Positions 1 to 8,833 of a DNA stretch of 64,000 bases are shown in pieces. Every line of letters begins with the position of its first letter. The stretch's first letter is position 1. The DNA is from Candidatus Nitrospinota bacterium M3_3B_026. Its GTDB lineage: Bacteria; Nitrospinota_A; UBA7883; JBPRGF01. The notes below the pieces were generated by a model, which was not told where the DNA came from, did no database searches, and saw nothing but the letters and a program-made list of their open reading frames with translations. The DNA lies in contig JBPRGF010000033.1 of the NCBI GenBank assembly GCA_051418015.1, forward strand, positions 128,001 through 192,000, written 5' to 3'. The translations under genes and the position numbers were made by a program.

Positions 1-1
1 C

Positions 2-721
2 ATGACGCCCTCACCCGTGGAAAACCTTTTCCTTATACCCGGCATGACCGGCGCGCCTGTCCCGTCGAACGTAAAGAACACGGGGTTCGTCCGGCTCAAG
101 AACGCCCTCCGCCAGATGAAGCTCGACGCGGTTTTGCTGGATCTCGGGCCGGGGACGGGCGCCGCGTCTTCCGACCTGCTCTTGGCCGCCGACACGGGAT
201 TGATAGTCACGACACCGGAGCCGGCCTCCGTGGAGCTTGTCTACGGCCTTTTGCGGCAGGTTCTGCGCCGCTCCCTGAAAAGCGCGAAAGGGGCGGCCCG
301 GTACGGCGGGATCATCGATGAAGAGTTCGCCGACACGGGGTCCGGAAACCTCGTGGCCCTTGTGGAGCGCGTTTTGGGGCGCGTCTCCTGCGAAGACCCG
401 TCAGCCGCGCAGTTGATCGAAAAGGAGTTTCTGGGACTGGAGTTCAACCTCGCCGTCAACATGGCCCGGGATGACCACGACCGCCTCCTCGGGCCCTCCA
501 TCTGCGAGATCGCGGACAAATTCTACGGCCTGTCCATGAATTACAGCGGATATGTCCCCTACGACGGGCGGGCGGCCAGGGCCGGGGCGCCCGGGAAGCC
601 GTTCATCGTCGAATACGGGGCCAGCGACGCTGCGGCGTGTTTCAACCTGGTTTTCAGGGAACTCCTGAAAAACACCGGGAGGCGTCACGCCGGGGCGCAA
701 CTGAGCTTGATCCGGTCATGA
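2..721 (+). CDS. MinD/FlhG-family P-loop ATPase, 5'-truncated by window edge
   Basis: VLLDLGPG (switch/Walker B region), LIVTTPEPAS, AVNMA and GYVPYD motifs typical of MinD/FlhG; N-terminal Walker A not in window. Confidence 0.8.
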   Translation: MTPSPVENLFLIPGMTGAPVPSNVKNTGFVRLKNALRQMKLDAVLLDLGPGTGAASSDLLLAADTGLIVTTPEPASVELVYGLLRQVLRRSLKSAKGAARYGGIIDEEFADTGSGNLVALVERVLGRVSCEDPSAAQLIEKEFLGLEFNLAVNMARDDHDRLLGPSICEIADKFYGLSMNYSGYVPYDGRAARAGAPGKPFIVEYGASDAAACFNLVFRELLKNTGRRHAGAQLSLIRS

Positions 722-1365
722 AACGAAAAAAGCCCCAGGACATGACCCATTACGAGATACTGAACCTGCCATTTACCGTCTCGGAACGGGAGGTGGAGGA
801 AGCCTACCTGCAGCTGACCTATGTCTACGGCGACAGCTCCATGGCCTGGTATGGCGCCCTGGCGGACGAGGAGAGGCGCTGGATGCTGAACAGGATCCAG
901 CGGGCCTGCGAGACCCTCAGGAAAGAACAGACCCGCAGGGAGTACGACGAAAAAGAGCTGGGACTGAGCGAGCAGGAGAAGGAAAAGCTGGACATGGAAA
1001 AGACCCATGAGCTGAAGGCGATCCGCCTGATGGACGCCCCGGCGAAAGCGCAGCCCCCCAGCGGCGGCGCGGAGCGGGACCGTTCGCGGAAAAAAAACGC
1101 CGCGCCCGCTTCCATCCCGGCGAGAGTGACAGGCTCCCATCTCAGGAATATCAGGAACGCCCGGGGCGCCTCTCTCGACGAGATAGCGCAGATCACGAAA
1201 GTGAAAAAATCCTACCTGGAGGCGATCGAAAATGAGGACATAAAAAGCTTCCCCGCGCCGATCTTCATGAAAGGTTTCCTGAAGGCCTACGCCAAGGCTC
1301 TGGGGCTGGATCCCGAGGAGATAAGCGACAGATACCTCGCCAAGGCGCCGCCGGGGAGGGATTGA
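718..1365 (+). CDS. J-domain-like N-terminus fused to RodZ-type HTH
   Basis: ATGA overlap with upstream stop; THYEIL..EVEEAY (DnaJ-like, no HPD); C-terminal GSHLRNIRNARGASLDEIAQITKV..YLEAIE..GFLKAYAKALGLD. Confidence 0.75.
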   Translation: MKRKKPQDMTHYEILNLPFTVSEREVEEAYLQLTYVYGDSSMAWYGALADEERRWMLNRIQRACETLRKEQTRREYDEKELGLSEQEKEKLDMEKTHELKAIRLMDAPAKAQPPSGGAERDRSRKKNAAPASIPARVTGSHLRNIRNARGASLDEIAQITKVKKSYLEAIENEDIKSFPAPIFMKGFLKAYAKALGLDPEEISDRYLAKAPPGRD

Positions 1366-1388
1366 AAACCCCGGCGGGCGCCGCCGGG
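1365..1388 (-). terminator. Intrinsic terminator-like hairpin between convergent genes
   Basis: CCCGGCGG-GCG-CCGCCGGG stem-loop; short U-tract on minus strand downstream of trxA. Confidence 0.55.
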
Positions 1389-1392
1389 CGGC

Positions 1393-1719
1393 TTAAAGGT
1401 TCTCGTCTATGATCTCCTGCAGCTCCGCCTTGGAGCGCACCCCGACCACCTGCTTGGCGATCTCGCCGTTCTTGAAAAACAGGAGAGTAGGAATGGAGCG
1501 GATGCCGTATTTCGTGGCGGTCTGGCTGTTCTCGTCCACGTTGAGCTTGCCGACGTTTATCTTGCCCTGGTATTCATTGGCCAGCTCCTCCAGGGCGGGC
1601 GCTATCATGCGGCACGGGGCGCACCACTCCGCCCAGAAGTCCACAACCGTCAGCTTGTCGGCGCCCAGAACCTTTTCATCGAAGTTTGTGTCGGTAAATT
1701 CATCCACGTTTTCAGCCAT
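1393..1719 (-). CDS. trxA: Thioredoxin
   Basis: VDFWAEWCAPC active site, GIRSIPTL, 108 aa. Confidence 0.95.
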   Translation of the reverse strand: MAENVDEFTDTNFDEKVLGADKLTVVDFWAEWCAPCRMIAPALEELANEYQGKINVGKLNVDENSQTATKYGIRSIPTLLFFKNGEIAKQVVGVRSKAELQEIIDENL

Positions 1720-1785
1720 TTGAGACGCTCTCCCTTAAGCTTTTTGAACTTCAATTAGCAAATAAGTTTATATTCAAGTCACGGA

Positions 1786-2061
1786 TTAATCAACCCATCG
1801 CCGCACATTTTCATCATCGCCGCCTCCGGGGCCGCCGGCCGCCGGGAATATCTCGACGGCGCCTGCGAGGACGGCCACGCCGAAAATTATCAGGAGCAGC
1901 CCCAGGAAACGAAGCATCAGGACGACGGTGTCGGCGGCGGGGGGCTTGTATTCCAATTCCACCCAGTTGCGCTTCATCGACTCCGGCATGAGGAAAAGAA
2001 GCGTGAAACCGATCACGAAAAGGCCCACGGCGAATAAAAGTTCGTTCGTCATCGTTTTCAA
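1786..2061 (-). CDS. Small two-TM membrane protein (start uncertain)
   Basis: Two hydrophobic helices; fills the gap upstream of trxA. Confidence 0.55.
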   Translation of the reverse strand: MKTMTNELLFAVGLFVIGFTLLFLMPESMKRNWVELEYKPPAADTVVLMLRFLGLLLIIFGVAVLAGAVEIFPAAGGPGGGDDENVRRWVD

Positions 2062-2164
2062 CCTGAAAAATCGCCCGCGCCGGGATTTCCTTTGATGATT
2101 TTGATGATATAGTGTTTCCGGGAAAATCGGGAATTTTTAACGCACAGGCTATTTTTCTCGCTCC

Positions 2165-2596
2165 ATGGTCGTCACACGGCGCGGCTGCACGCTTGTCGAG
2201 CTGGTCGTCGTCCTGCTCGTCCTCTCCATTTTGGCTATAGCCGCCTGGCCCGCCGTTTCCGGCCCAAGGCAAATCTCCATCAACGCCGCCGCCGAGGTGT
2301 TGAAAACGGACATAAACAGGACAAGACTGCTCGCCATGACGAAAGGCGCGCCGCGCCGGATAACTCTGAACGAGGGCGCCGCCTATTACGTATACGGCGA
2401 GGGGGAGGTGGATAGCGGGCGGAGACGCGGTCTTGCCGGCCTGGCGCCGGGGATATCCATCAGAAAAGGCGGGACGGTCTCGTTCAACAGCCTGGGCGAG
2501 CCTTCCGGCGGGAGCCTCACCTTCGAGCTTGCCCTGGCGGGCGAATCCGTATCGGTCGCCATAGAGCCGTACACCGGGAGGGTGTCCGTCAGATGA
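2165..2596 (+). CDS. Type IV minor pilin/pseudopilin (GspH/FimT/MshC-like)
   Basis: RRG|CTLVELVVVLLVL prepilin motif with E5; FNSLGEP and IEPYTGRV C-terminal motifs. Confidence 0.8.
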   Translation: MVVTRRGCTLVELVVVLLVLSILAIAAWPAVSGPRQISINAAAEVLKTDINRTRLLAMTKGAPRRITLNEGAAYYVYGEGEVDSGRRRGLAGLAPGISIRKGGTVSFNSLGEPSGGSLTFELALAGESVSVAIEPYTGRVSVR

Positions 2597-3057
2597 GTCG
2601 GCGCTTTGGCTCGGGTTACGGTTTCACGCTCGTGGAGCTTGTTGTCCTGATCGCCGTCCTCTCCATCGCTGGCGTGGTGATAGTTCTGCCGCTCGTGTCC
2701 TCCGCCCCCGGGTTTGGCGCCGTCCGTCCGTCGCTTTCGGCGAAGGCGGCCGGCCTCGCGCGCGGGCAGGCGGCGCTTGCCGCGGCGGAGCTTGCGGGCG
2801 TCGGCGGGGACGAGTGGAAAAACACCCTTTCCGCCCTGCAGGCGTCATCCCCCATAATCATGCCCGCGAAGGCGCTGGACGACGACGTTTTCGAGATGGA
2901 AAGATTTTACACCTGCGTGACGGAGAATATCACCGCGGACCCCGACTGCGCCGCCGGGCTTGTCCTCGTCACGGTAACCGTCCGGACAGAGGGGCTGGAA
3001 CCCAGCCGTCTCGTGTTTCTGTCGTCGAAAAATGGAGGCGCGTCCGATGCGGGCTGA
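2593..3057 (+). CDS. Type IV minor pilin (MshD/PilV-like)
   Basis: G|FTLVELVVLI prepilin motif; ATGA overlap. Confidence 0.75.
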   Translation: MSRRFGSGYGFTLVELVVLIAVLSIAGVVIVLPLVSSAPGFGAVRPSLSAKAAGLARGQAALAAAELAGVGGDEWKNTLSALQASSPIIMPAKALDDDVFEMERFYTCVTENITADPDCAAGLVLVTVTVRTEGLEPSRLVFLSSKNGGASDAG

Positions 3058-3580
3058 ACGAAAGCTGCTGGGGTTCACGCTGGTGGAGTTGGTGGTGGTG
3101 ATCTCCATCATGGCCATCATCGGAGCGGGAGCGGCCGTGAGCCTCTCGGACGCCGCCGGGATGTACAGGACCGCCGCGCTGGAGACGGAGCTTTCACTCG
3201 AGGGGTTTATGGCCCTTGAAAGGATCGCAAGCGAGCTTCGCGCCAGCGCGGGGACGCCGAAGATCACGGGCGGGAGGATATCCTTCAACCGTCCCTCCGC
3301 CGCCCCCGGCGCGTGTGAGGCGTGCGTGGACAACTCCACCTTCGTAACCTTTGTCCACACGCCGGAGGACAACACGCTATGGCGGGAGACGGCCCCCGCC
3401 GGCCGCAGGGCGCTGGCGGGAAACGTCGCCGCGTTCGCCGTGACGGCGGAGGAAAACGGCCCCGGGATAACGGTCTATACGATCAGCCTGACCATGCGCG
3501 CGGAGGGGCGCGGCGTCACGCTGGAGATGGGGGTTTTCCCGCCTTCGGCGGGCGATGGATGGGTGGAGATCGTCCGGTGA
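3047..3580 (+). CDS. Type IV minor pilin (MshO/PilW-like)
   Basis: G|FTLVELVVVISIM; ALERIASELR motif; GGAGG RBS before ATG 3047. Confidence 0.75.
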   Translation: MRAERKLLGFTLVELVVVISIMAIIGAGAAVSLSDAAGMYRTAALETELSLEGFMALERIASELRASAGTPKITGGRISFNRPSAAPGACEACVDNSTFVTFVHTPEDNTLWRETAPAGRRALAGNVAAFAVTAEENGPGITVYTISLTMRAEGRGVTLEMGVFPPSAGDGWVEIVR

Positions 3581-4983
3581 GTAGGTCGGGATGGAGATGC
3601 GGCGTCAGCGCCGTCTATGTCCTGTTTGTCATCGCGTCGCTGGCGGCGCTGGGCCTTGCCGCGGCGGCGATCACGGGGGGCGGGGCCGTATCATCGCCCG
3701 ATTTTCACAGCGCCGCGGAGAGCCTTTACGCGGCGAGGTCGGGGATCGAATGGGTGAAACTGAAAACCGCGGGCTACACCACCGCCGACAAGAATAAATG
3801 GCTCGGTCTCGACGGGACGAGGGTGGAATACGCAGGGCCGGGCGGGCCGGCTTTCGTGATCGCCGTGAGATATTCCGACCCGGACGAGGACCCCATGACG
3901 GACGACATCGTGACCGTCGCTTCGACGGGGTTTTCCAGCGGCGCGGAAAGGACCCTTGAGATGACGGCGCCTGTCCCTTCCCCTTCCACCGCCATCGAGC
4001 TTTTCTCCGACGATTTCCGGGCCGAAGACGCGCCGTTTTTCGAGGACATCTACGTTTTCGGCCTGGCGGACGGGCCGCATTCGGCGATGGACCCATACCT
4101 TGCGGTGACGGGCGGCCCCGGCGGGGACACCGAGGAGGTCTTCACCCACGCATCCGAGCCGGGAGGGCGAAGGGGCGTCCTCGTCATGGGCGGAAAGGAA
4201 GAGGCCAGGCTCACCATCCATACCGGCTCCTGTTTCAAATGGAGCCGCGATCCCGCCGTACCCTGCGGCGGCGCGGAATGCTCCGCCTCCGGCCCGTGCC
4301 AGGCGAGACGGGGGATCGGCGCCCCCGTGGACGATGAGGGGTACCAGAACTATTTCATAAGGATCCGCGCAAGGCTCCTTTCCGGCAAGGGGTTCGGGCT
4401 CTATTTCCGCGCGTCGTATCCACGGGACGAAAGCGGACGGGTGGACTTCGGCGGCCTCACCTCCTACGCCTGGCAATACGACGCGGGGATGGGCTACCTG
4501 GCCCCCTGCGACATGATGACCGCCGTGGCGGGAAGCGACGGCGAGGGGATGTTTTTTACCAGGAGGATAGAGAAAGGAAGCGAGACCTGCGGGCCCGGGT
4601 GCTCCCTTTTCACGGCCCGGAACCCATCGCCGCCGGAGAACTCCTGGCCATTCTTCTGCCCGGAGAACAGGACGGGGCTCGATTTCCTGAACGGCTGGAG
4701 ATGGAGAAGCGGCGGATGGACGGCGGGGTGGAGAACGGTCTACATCTACGTTTACAAGGATCGCGCCTCCGTCTACCTTGGCAGGGAGGAAATTTCCGGG
4801 CGCGGCTCGGAACATTACCCGGAGCCGGTGGGGATTATATATCTCGGCTCCATGGAGGGGCTGTTGCGGTCGGGCGCCATCGGCGTTCGCGCCATAGAAG
4901 ACAGCGTGGTGGAGATCGACTACATCAGGATTTACAGCAACGAAGCCGACCTTGACCCCGGCTCTTTTCCCGGCGCCGGGTGA
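3577..4983 (+). CDS. MshP/PilX-like pilin with large C-terminal ConA/LamG-like beta-sandwich
   Basis: GTGA overlap; hydrophobic N-terminus lacking E5, SLYAARSGIEW (PilX/MshP-like); C-terminal GFGLYFR..GAIGVR..VEIDYIRIY. Confidence 0.65.
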   Translation: MSRSGWRCGVSAVYVLFVIASLAALGLAAAAITGGGAVSSPDFHSAAESLYAARSGIEWVKLKTAGYTTADKNKWLGLDGTRVEYAGPGGPAFVIAVRYSDPDEDPMTDDIVTVASTGFSSGAERTLEMTAPVPSPSTAIELFSDDFRAEDAPFFEDIYVFGLADGPHSAMDPYLAVTGGPGGDTEEVFTHASEPGGRRGVLVMGGKEEARLTIHTGSCFKWSRDPAVPCGGAECSASGPCQARRGIGAPVDDEGYQNYFIRIRARLLSGKGFGLYFRASYPRDESGRVDFGGLTSYAWQYDAGMGYLAPCDMMTAVAGSDGEGMFFTRRIEKGSETCGPGCSLFTARNPSPPENSWPFFCPENRTGLDFLNGWRWRSGGWTAGWRTVYIYVYKDRASVYLGREEISGRGSEHYPEPVGIIYLGSMEGLLRSGAIGVRAIEDSVVEIDYIRIYSNEADLDPGSFPGAG

Positions 4984-5061
4984 ACCCGGGAGTCTCTCCC
5001 GTTCCCGGACGCGTGTCGTGATAGAATCTTCACTTTTTCAACACGAAGACAGGCGAGAAGG

Positions 5062-6633
5062 ATGGAATACAGACAGTGGCCCTACAAAGAGGCCGCGAGG
5101 ATCGCAAAAAGGCTTGAGCGATTGGGGCGAGAAACCGCCGTGGCGCAGACGGGATACGGCCCGTCCGGCCTTCCGCACATAGGCACCTTCGGCGAAGTGG
5201 CGCGCACGTCTTTCGTCCTCCAGGCCCTGAAGGTCATCGTCCCGGAGATAAGCTCCAGCCTCATCGCTTTTTCCGACGACATGGACGGGCTGCGGGAGGC
5301 GCCGGCGAACATACCGAACAGGGACATGGTCAAAGAACACCTGGGCAAGCCCCTGACCGCCGTGCCGGACCCTTTCGGGGAGGAGCCCTCCTACGCCCAT
5401 TACATGAACAGGAAGCTGCGGGAGTTTCTGGACTCTTTCGGGTTCGAGTACGAGTTCGCCTCCGCCACTGATAAATACAGGTCCGGCGCGTTCAACGAGG
5501 GGCTTTCGCGGGTGATGGCCAACTACGAGAGGATCAGGGAGCTTTTCACCGGCACGATAGCCGAGGAGAAGCGCGCCTCCTGGAGCCCGTTCTTTCCTAT
5601 ATGCGAAAACTGCGGGAGGATATACTCCACCCTCGTGACGGACTATGACAAGGAGAAGAACACCGTGGCCTACTCCTGCGAGGTTTCGCAGGGGGGCAGG
5701 TTCGAGGCGTGCGGCCACAAGGGCGAAGTCGGCATATTCGACGGGACCCTCAAGGTGGGGTGGAAGGTGGACTGGGCTTTGCGCTGGTTCTCGCTGGGCG
5801 TGGACTATGAAATGCACGGGGAGGACCTGCTGGAGTCCGCCAGGCTCTCCTCGAAGATCGTCAGGACGCTTGGGGGGGCGCCGCCGGAGCTTTTCAAGTA
5901 CGAGCTGTTTTTAGACGAGCAGGGGCGGAAGATATCCAAGAAACTCGGCAACGGTGTATCCATTGACCAGTGGCTGGCCTACGGGCCCGTGGACTCGCTT
6001 TTGTACTTCATGTACACAAAGCCCCAGCAGACCAAACGCATGGGGCTGCCCATACTGCCGAAGATCATCGACCAGTACATAGAGACAATCGCCAGGAGCG
6101 ACGGTTCGGAGGACTCCCCGGCGTTCTTCGTGGACAGGCTGGCCAAGGGCGCGCACGCTGGCGCCATACACGGCGAGAAGATCGTGAACTACTCCATGAT
6201 ATACGACCTCATCATCACGCTGAACGCCCCCAGCCACGACATCGTCCGGGAATACCTGCTGCGGTACCAGCCCGAGATAGCGGAGAACATGGAGTACTAC
6301 GACGAGTTGATCGAGCACGCCATGCTGTATTACCGCGAGGTCTATCTGCCGTCGAGGAAAGAAGAGGCGCCGGGAAGAGAGATGGACGAGGCGGCGGCGG
6401 CTTTCGCCGGCGGGCTGGAAAAGCTCGACCAAGTAGAGCCCGAGGCTGTCCAGAGCCTTGCTTTCCAGATCGCCAAAGATCACGGCGTGAAGCCGAAGGA
6501 CTGGTTCACCACCCTCTATCGCATATTCCTGCGCCAGTCCTCCGGCCCCAGGATCGGCAGCTTCATCACGTTGATCGGCGTGGACAAGGCCGTGGAGATA
6601 CTGCGGGAGCATCTCGGGGAAAGGGAGGCTTGA
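5062..6633 (+). CDS. lysS: Lysine--tRNA ligase, class I
   Basis: TGYGPSGLPHIGTFGE (HIGH), SDDMDGLR, WKVDW, KISKKLGNG, GPRIGSF. Confidence 0.95.
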   Translation: MEYRQWPYKEAARIAKRLERLGRETAVAQTGYGPSGLPHIGTFGEVARTSFVLQALKVIVPEISSSLIAFSDDMDGLREAPANIPNRDMVKEHLGKPLTAVPDPFGEEPSYAHYMNRKLREFLDSFGFEYEFASATDKYRSGAFNEGLSRVMANYERIRELFTGTIAEEKRASWSPFFPICENCGRIYSTLVTDYDKEKNTVAYSCEVSQGGRFEACGHKGEVGIFDGTLKVGWKVDWALRWFSLGVDYEMHGEDLLESARLSSKIVRTLGGAPPELFKYELFLDEQGRKISKKLGNGVSIDQWLAYGPVDSLLYFMYTKPQQTKRMGLPILPKIIDQYIETIARSDGSEDSPAFFVDRLAKGAHAGAIHGEKIVNYSMIYDLIITLNAPSHDIVREYLLRYQPEIAENMEYYDELIEHAMLYYREVYLPSRKEEAPGREMDEAAAAFAGGLEKLDQVEPEAVQSLAFQIAKDHGVKPKDWFTTLYRIFLRQSSGPRIGSFITLIGVDKAVEILREHLGEREA

Positions 6634-6661
6634 GCGGCGGGGCGTTTTGGCGCCCGGGTTG

Positions 6662-7618
6662 TCAGATAAATTCGCTTATAAGGCCGCTGTCGCGGGCCTC
6701 GGCCAGTATCCTCCTGGCCCATTTTATGTCCGTGTCGATCTGGTCTTTCAGCTCCTCCACGGAGCCGAAAGCCTTCTCGTCCCTCAGCCTCTCCACGAAA
6801 AAGACCTCCACCTCCGTGCCATAAAGCTCCCCCTCCATGTCCAGCAGGTGGACCTCCACGATGAAGTCATCGCGGTTGAAAGTGGGGTTGAACCCGATGT
6901 TCAAGACCCCCTCATGCCACTCGCCCGGCCCGACCCGCGCGAAGACGGCGTACACTCCCACGGCGGGTATCACCTCGTATGGCGTCTCCAGGTTGGCCGT
7001 GGGGAAGCCTATGGCCCTGCCCCTCATGTAGCCGGAGACGACCCTGCCGGCAATGGAGTAATACCTCCCGAGTCTTTTCGTCGCTTCGCCGATCTCCCCT
7101 TCCAGCAGGTAGTCCCTGACGCAGGTGGATGAAACCCTCGTCCCATCCACCATCACGGGCTCCACGACCTCCACGCCGAAGCCAAGCTCCGCCCCCATTT
7201 TCCGCAGGTAGTCTATGGTCCCCAGCTTGCCTTTGCCGAAGGAGTAGTCGTGCCCCACGAAGACCGTCTCCATCCCCAGCCCCTCCTTGAGCTTCCGGGC
7301 GAAGTCGCGTGGGTGCATGGCGGCGAAGGCCCGGTCGAAATCAGCGAGAATGGTCACGTCGATCCCGCGGGCGGCGATAAGCTCCATCTTCTTCTTGAAA
7401 GTGGTAAGGAGGCTGAAGCCGCTGTCCGGGGCCAGTATTTTCAGGGGATGCGGCTCGAAGGTGTAGACGACGGCGGTTCCGCCGACCTCCCGGACGCGCT
7501 GGATGACCTTCTTGAAGATGGTCTGGTGGCCGATGTGAACCCCGTCGAAGTTGCCCAGGGTGACGACCGGCTTCTCAAGCCCCGGCTCAAGGTTTCTAAG
7601 TCCGCGTACTATTCTCAC
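6662..7618 (-). CDS. ribF: Bifunctional riboflavin kinase/FAD synthetase
   Basis: LGNFDGVHIGHQ, GRAIGFPTAN, NIGFNPTF, VEVHLLD. Confidence 0.95.
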   Translation of the reverse strand: MRIVRGLRNLEPGLEKPVVTLGNFDGVHIGHQTIFKKVIQRVREVGGTAVVYTFEPHPLKILAPDSGFSLLTTFKKKMELIAARGIDVTILADFDRAFAAMHPRDFARKLKEGLGMETVFVGHDYSFGKGKLGTIDYLRKMGAELGFGVEVVEPVMVDGTRVSSTCVRDYLLEGEIGEATKRLGRYYSIAGRVVSGYMRGRAIGFPTANLETPYEVIPAVGVYAVFARVGPGEWHEGVLNIGFNPTFNRDDFIVEVHLLDMEGELYGTEVEVFFVERLRDEKAFGSVEELKDQIDTDIKWARRILAEARDSGLISEFI

Positions 7619-7639
7619 GGCCTGATGGCGGGGACGAGG

Positions 7640-8719
7640 TCAATCACCAAAGCTTACGCCGATCCGCCTGGCCGTCACCACGTGGGAGCCGTCCAGCTCC
7701 ACCTTCTTCATCTGGTGCAGCGCTTCGGTCATGGGCACGGCGATTATCCGCGGGGTGCGAAGGGCCACCATGTGGTCGAACTTGCCCTCGTGGGCCATGG
7801 CCACCGCCTCGCTGCCGTAACGGGTGGCCAGGATCCTGTCGAACGCCGAGGGGCTGCCGCCTCTTTGTATGTGGCCAAGCACCGTCGCGCGGGACTCAAG
7901 CCGCGTGATCTTTTCTATCTCATTGGCCACCCATCCCCCTATCCCGCCCAGGCGGATCGTCTCCGGCGCTCCCTCCACCGCTCGTTTCACGATCTTCTCC
8001 CCACCCCGGGGCGCGGCCCCCTCCGCCACCACGACGACGGTGAAATGCTTGCTCCGTCCCTTCCTCTCGTATATCTTCTCCGCGATCTTCTCGATATCGA
8101 AGGGGATCTCCGGTATCAGGATGATGTGCGCCCCGCCGGCCAGGCCCGCCGCCACGGCGATCCATCCCGCGTACCGGCCCATCACCTCCACCACCATCAC
8201 CCGGTGGTGCGACTCCGCCGTCGTATGTATCTTGTCCAGCGCGTCCATCACCGTCGTTATGGCCGTGTCGAAGCCGAAGGTGACGTCGGTCGCGGAGAGG
8301 TCGTTGTCTATGGTCTTGGGGATGCCGACTATGTTCAACCCCTTGGCGGAGAGACGGTGGGCGATGTCCAGCGTCCCGTCGCCGCCGATGACCAGCAGGC
8401 AGTCCAGGCGGTTCCTGTGATAGTTGTCCACCACGACGTCGGAGACGTCTCTTTTTGTCAGGGCGCCGTTTATGTACTCGGCGTATTCGAAGGGGTTGTC
8501 CCTGTTGGACGAGCCCAGGATGGTCCCGCCCCGGGGTAGCAGGCCGGATATCCTCTTCAGGTCGAGAGGATGCGTCCTGTTCTTTATGAGGCCGGAGAAG
8601 CCGTCGCGGACTCCCACCACCTCGTCGTTGTACTGGTGGCTGGCGGTTTTCACGACCGCCCGTATGACGGCGTTGAGGCCGGGGCAGTCTCCCCCGCCGG
8701 TCAGTATCCCTATTCTCAT
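7640..8719 (-). CDS. pfkA: 6-phosphofructokinase (PfkA family, group III-like)
   Basis: TGGGDCPGLNA, GGDGT, PKTIDND, EVMGR, LGHIQRGG. Confidence 0.95.
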   Translation of the reverse strand: MRIGILTGGGDCPGLNAVIRAVVKTASHQYNDEVVGVRDGFSGLIKNRTHPLDLKRISGLLPRGGTILGSSNRDNPFEYAEYINGALTKRDVSDVVVDNYHRNRLDCLLVIGGDGTLDIAHRLSAKGLNIVGIPKTIDNDLSATDVTFGFDTAITTVMDALDKIHTTAESHHRVMVVEVMGRYAGWIAVAAGLAGGAHIILIPEIPFDIEKIAEKIYERKGRSKHFTVVVVAEGAAPRGGEKIVKRAVEGAPETIRLGGIGGWVANEIEKITRLESRATVLGHIQRGGSPSAFDRILATRYGSEAVAMAHEGKFDHMVALRTPRIIAVPMTEALHQMKKVELDGSHVVTARRIGVSFGD

Positions 8720-8833
8720 TTCACGCCTCCGCTGGCCGCCCTCTTTCCATCCTCGCCATTATAACCCCCGCGTTGGCCCGGGGCCGCGTTCGGAGTAGAA
8801 TATCAGAATACGCGACTCCGCCGGGAGCTTACG

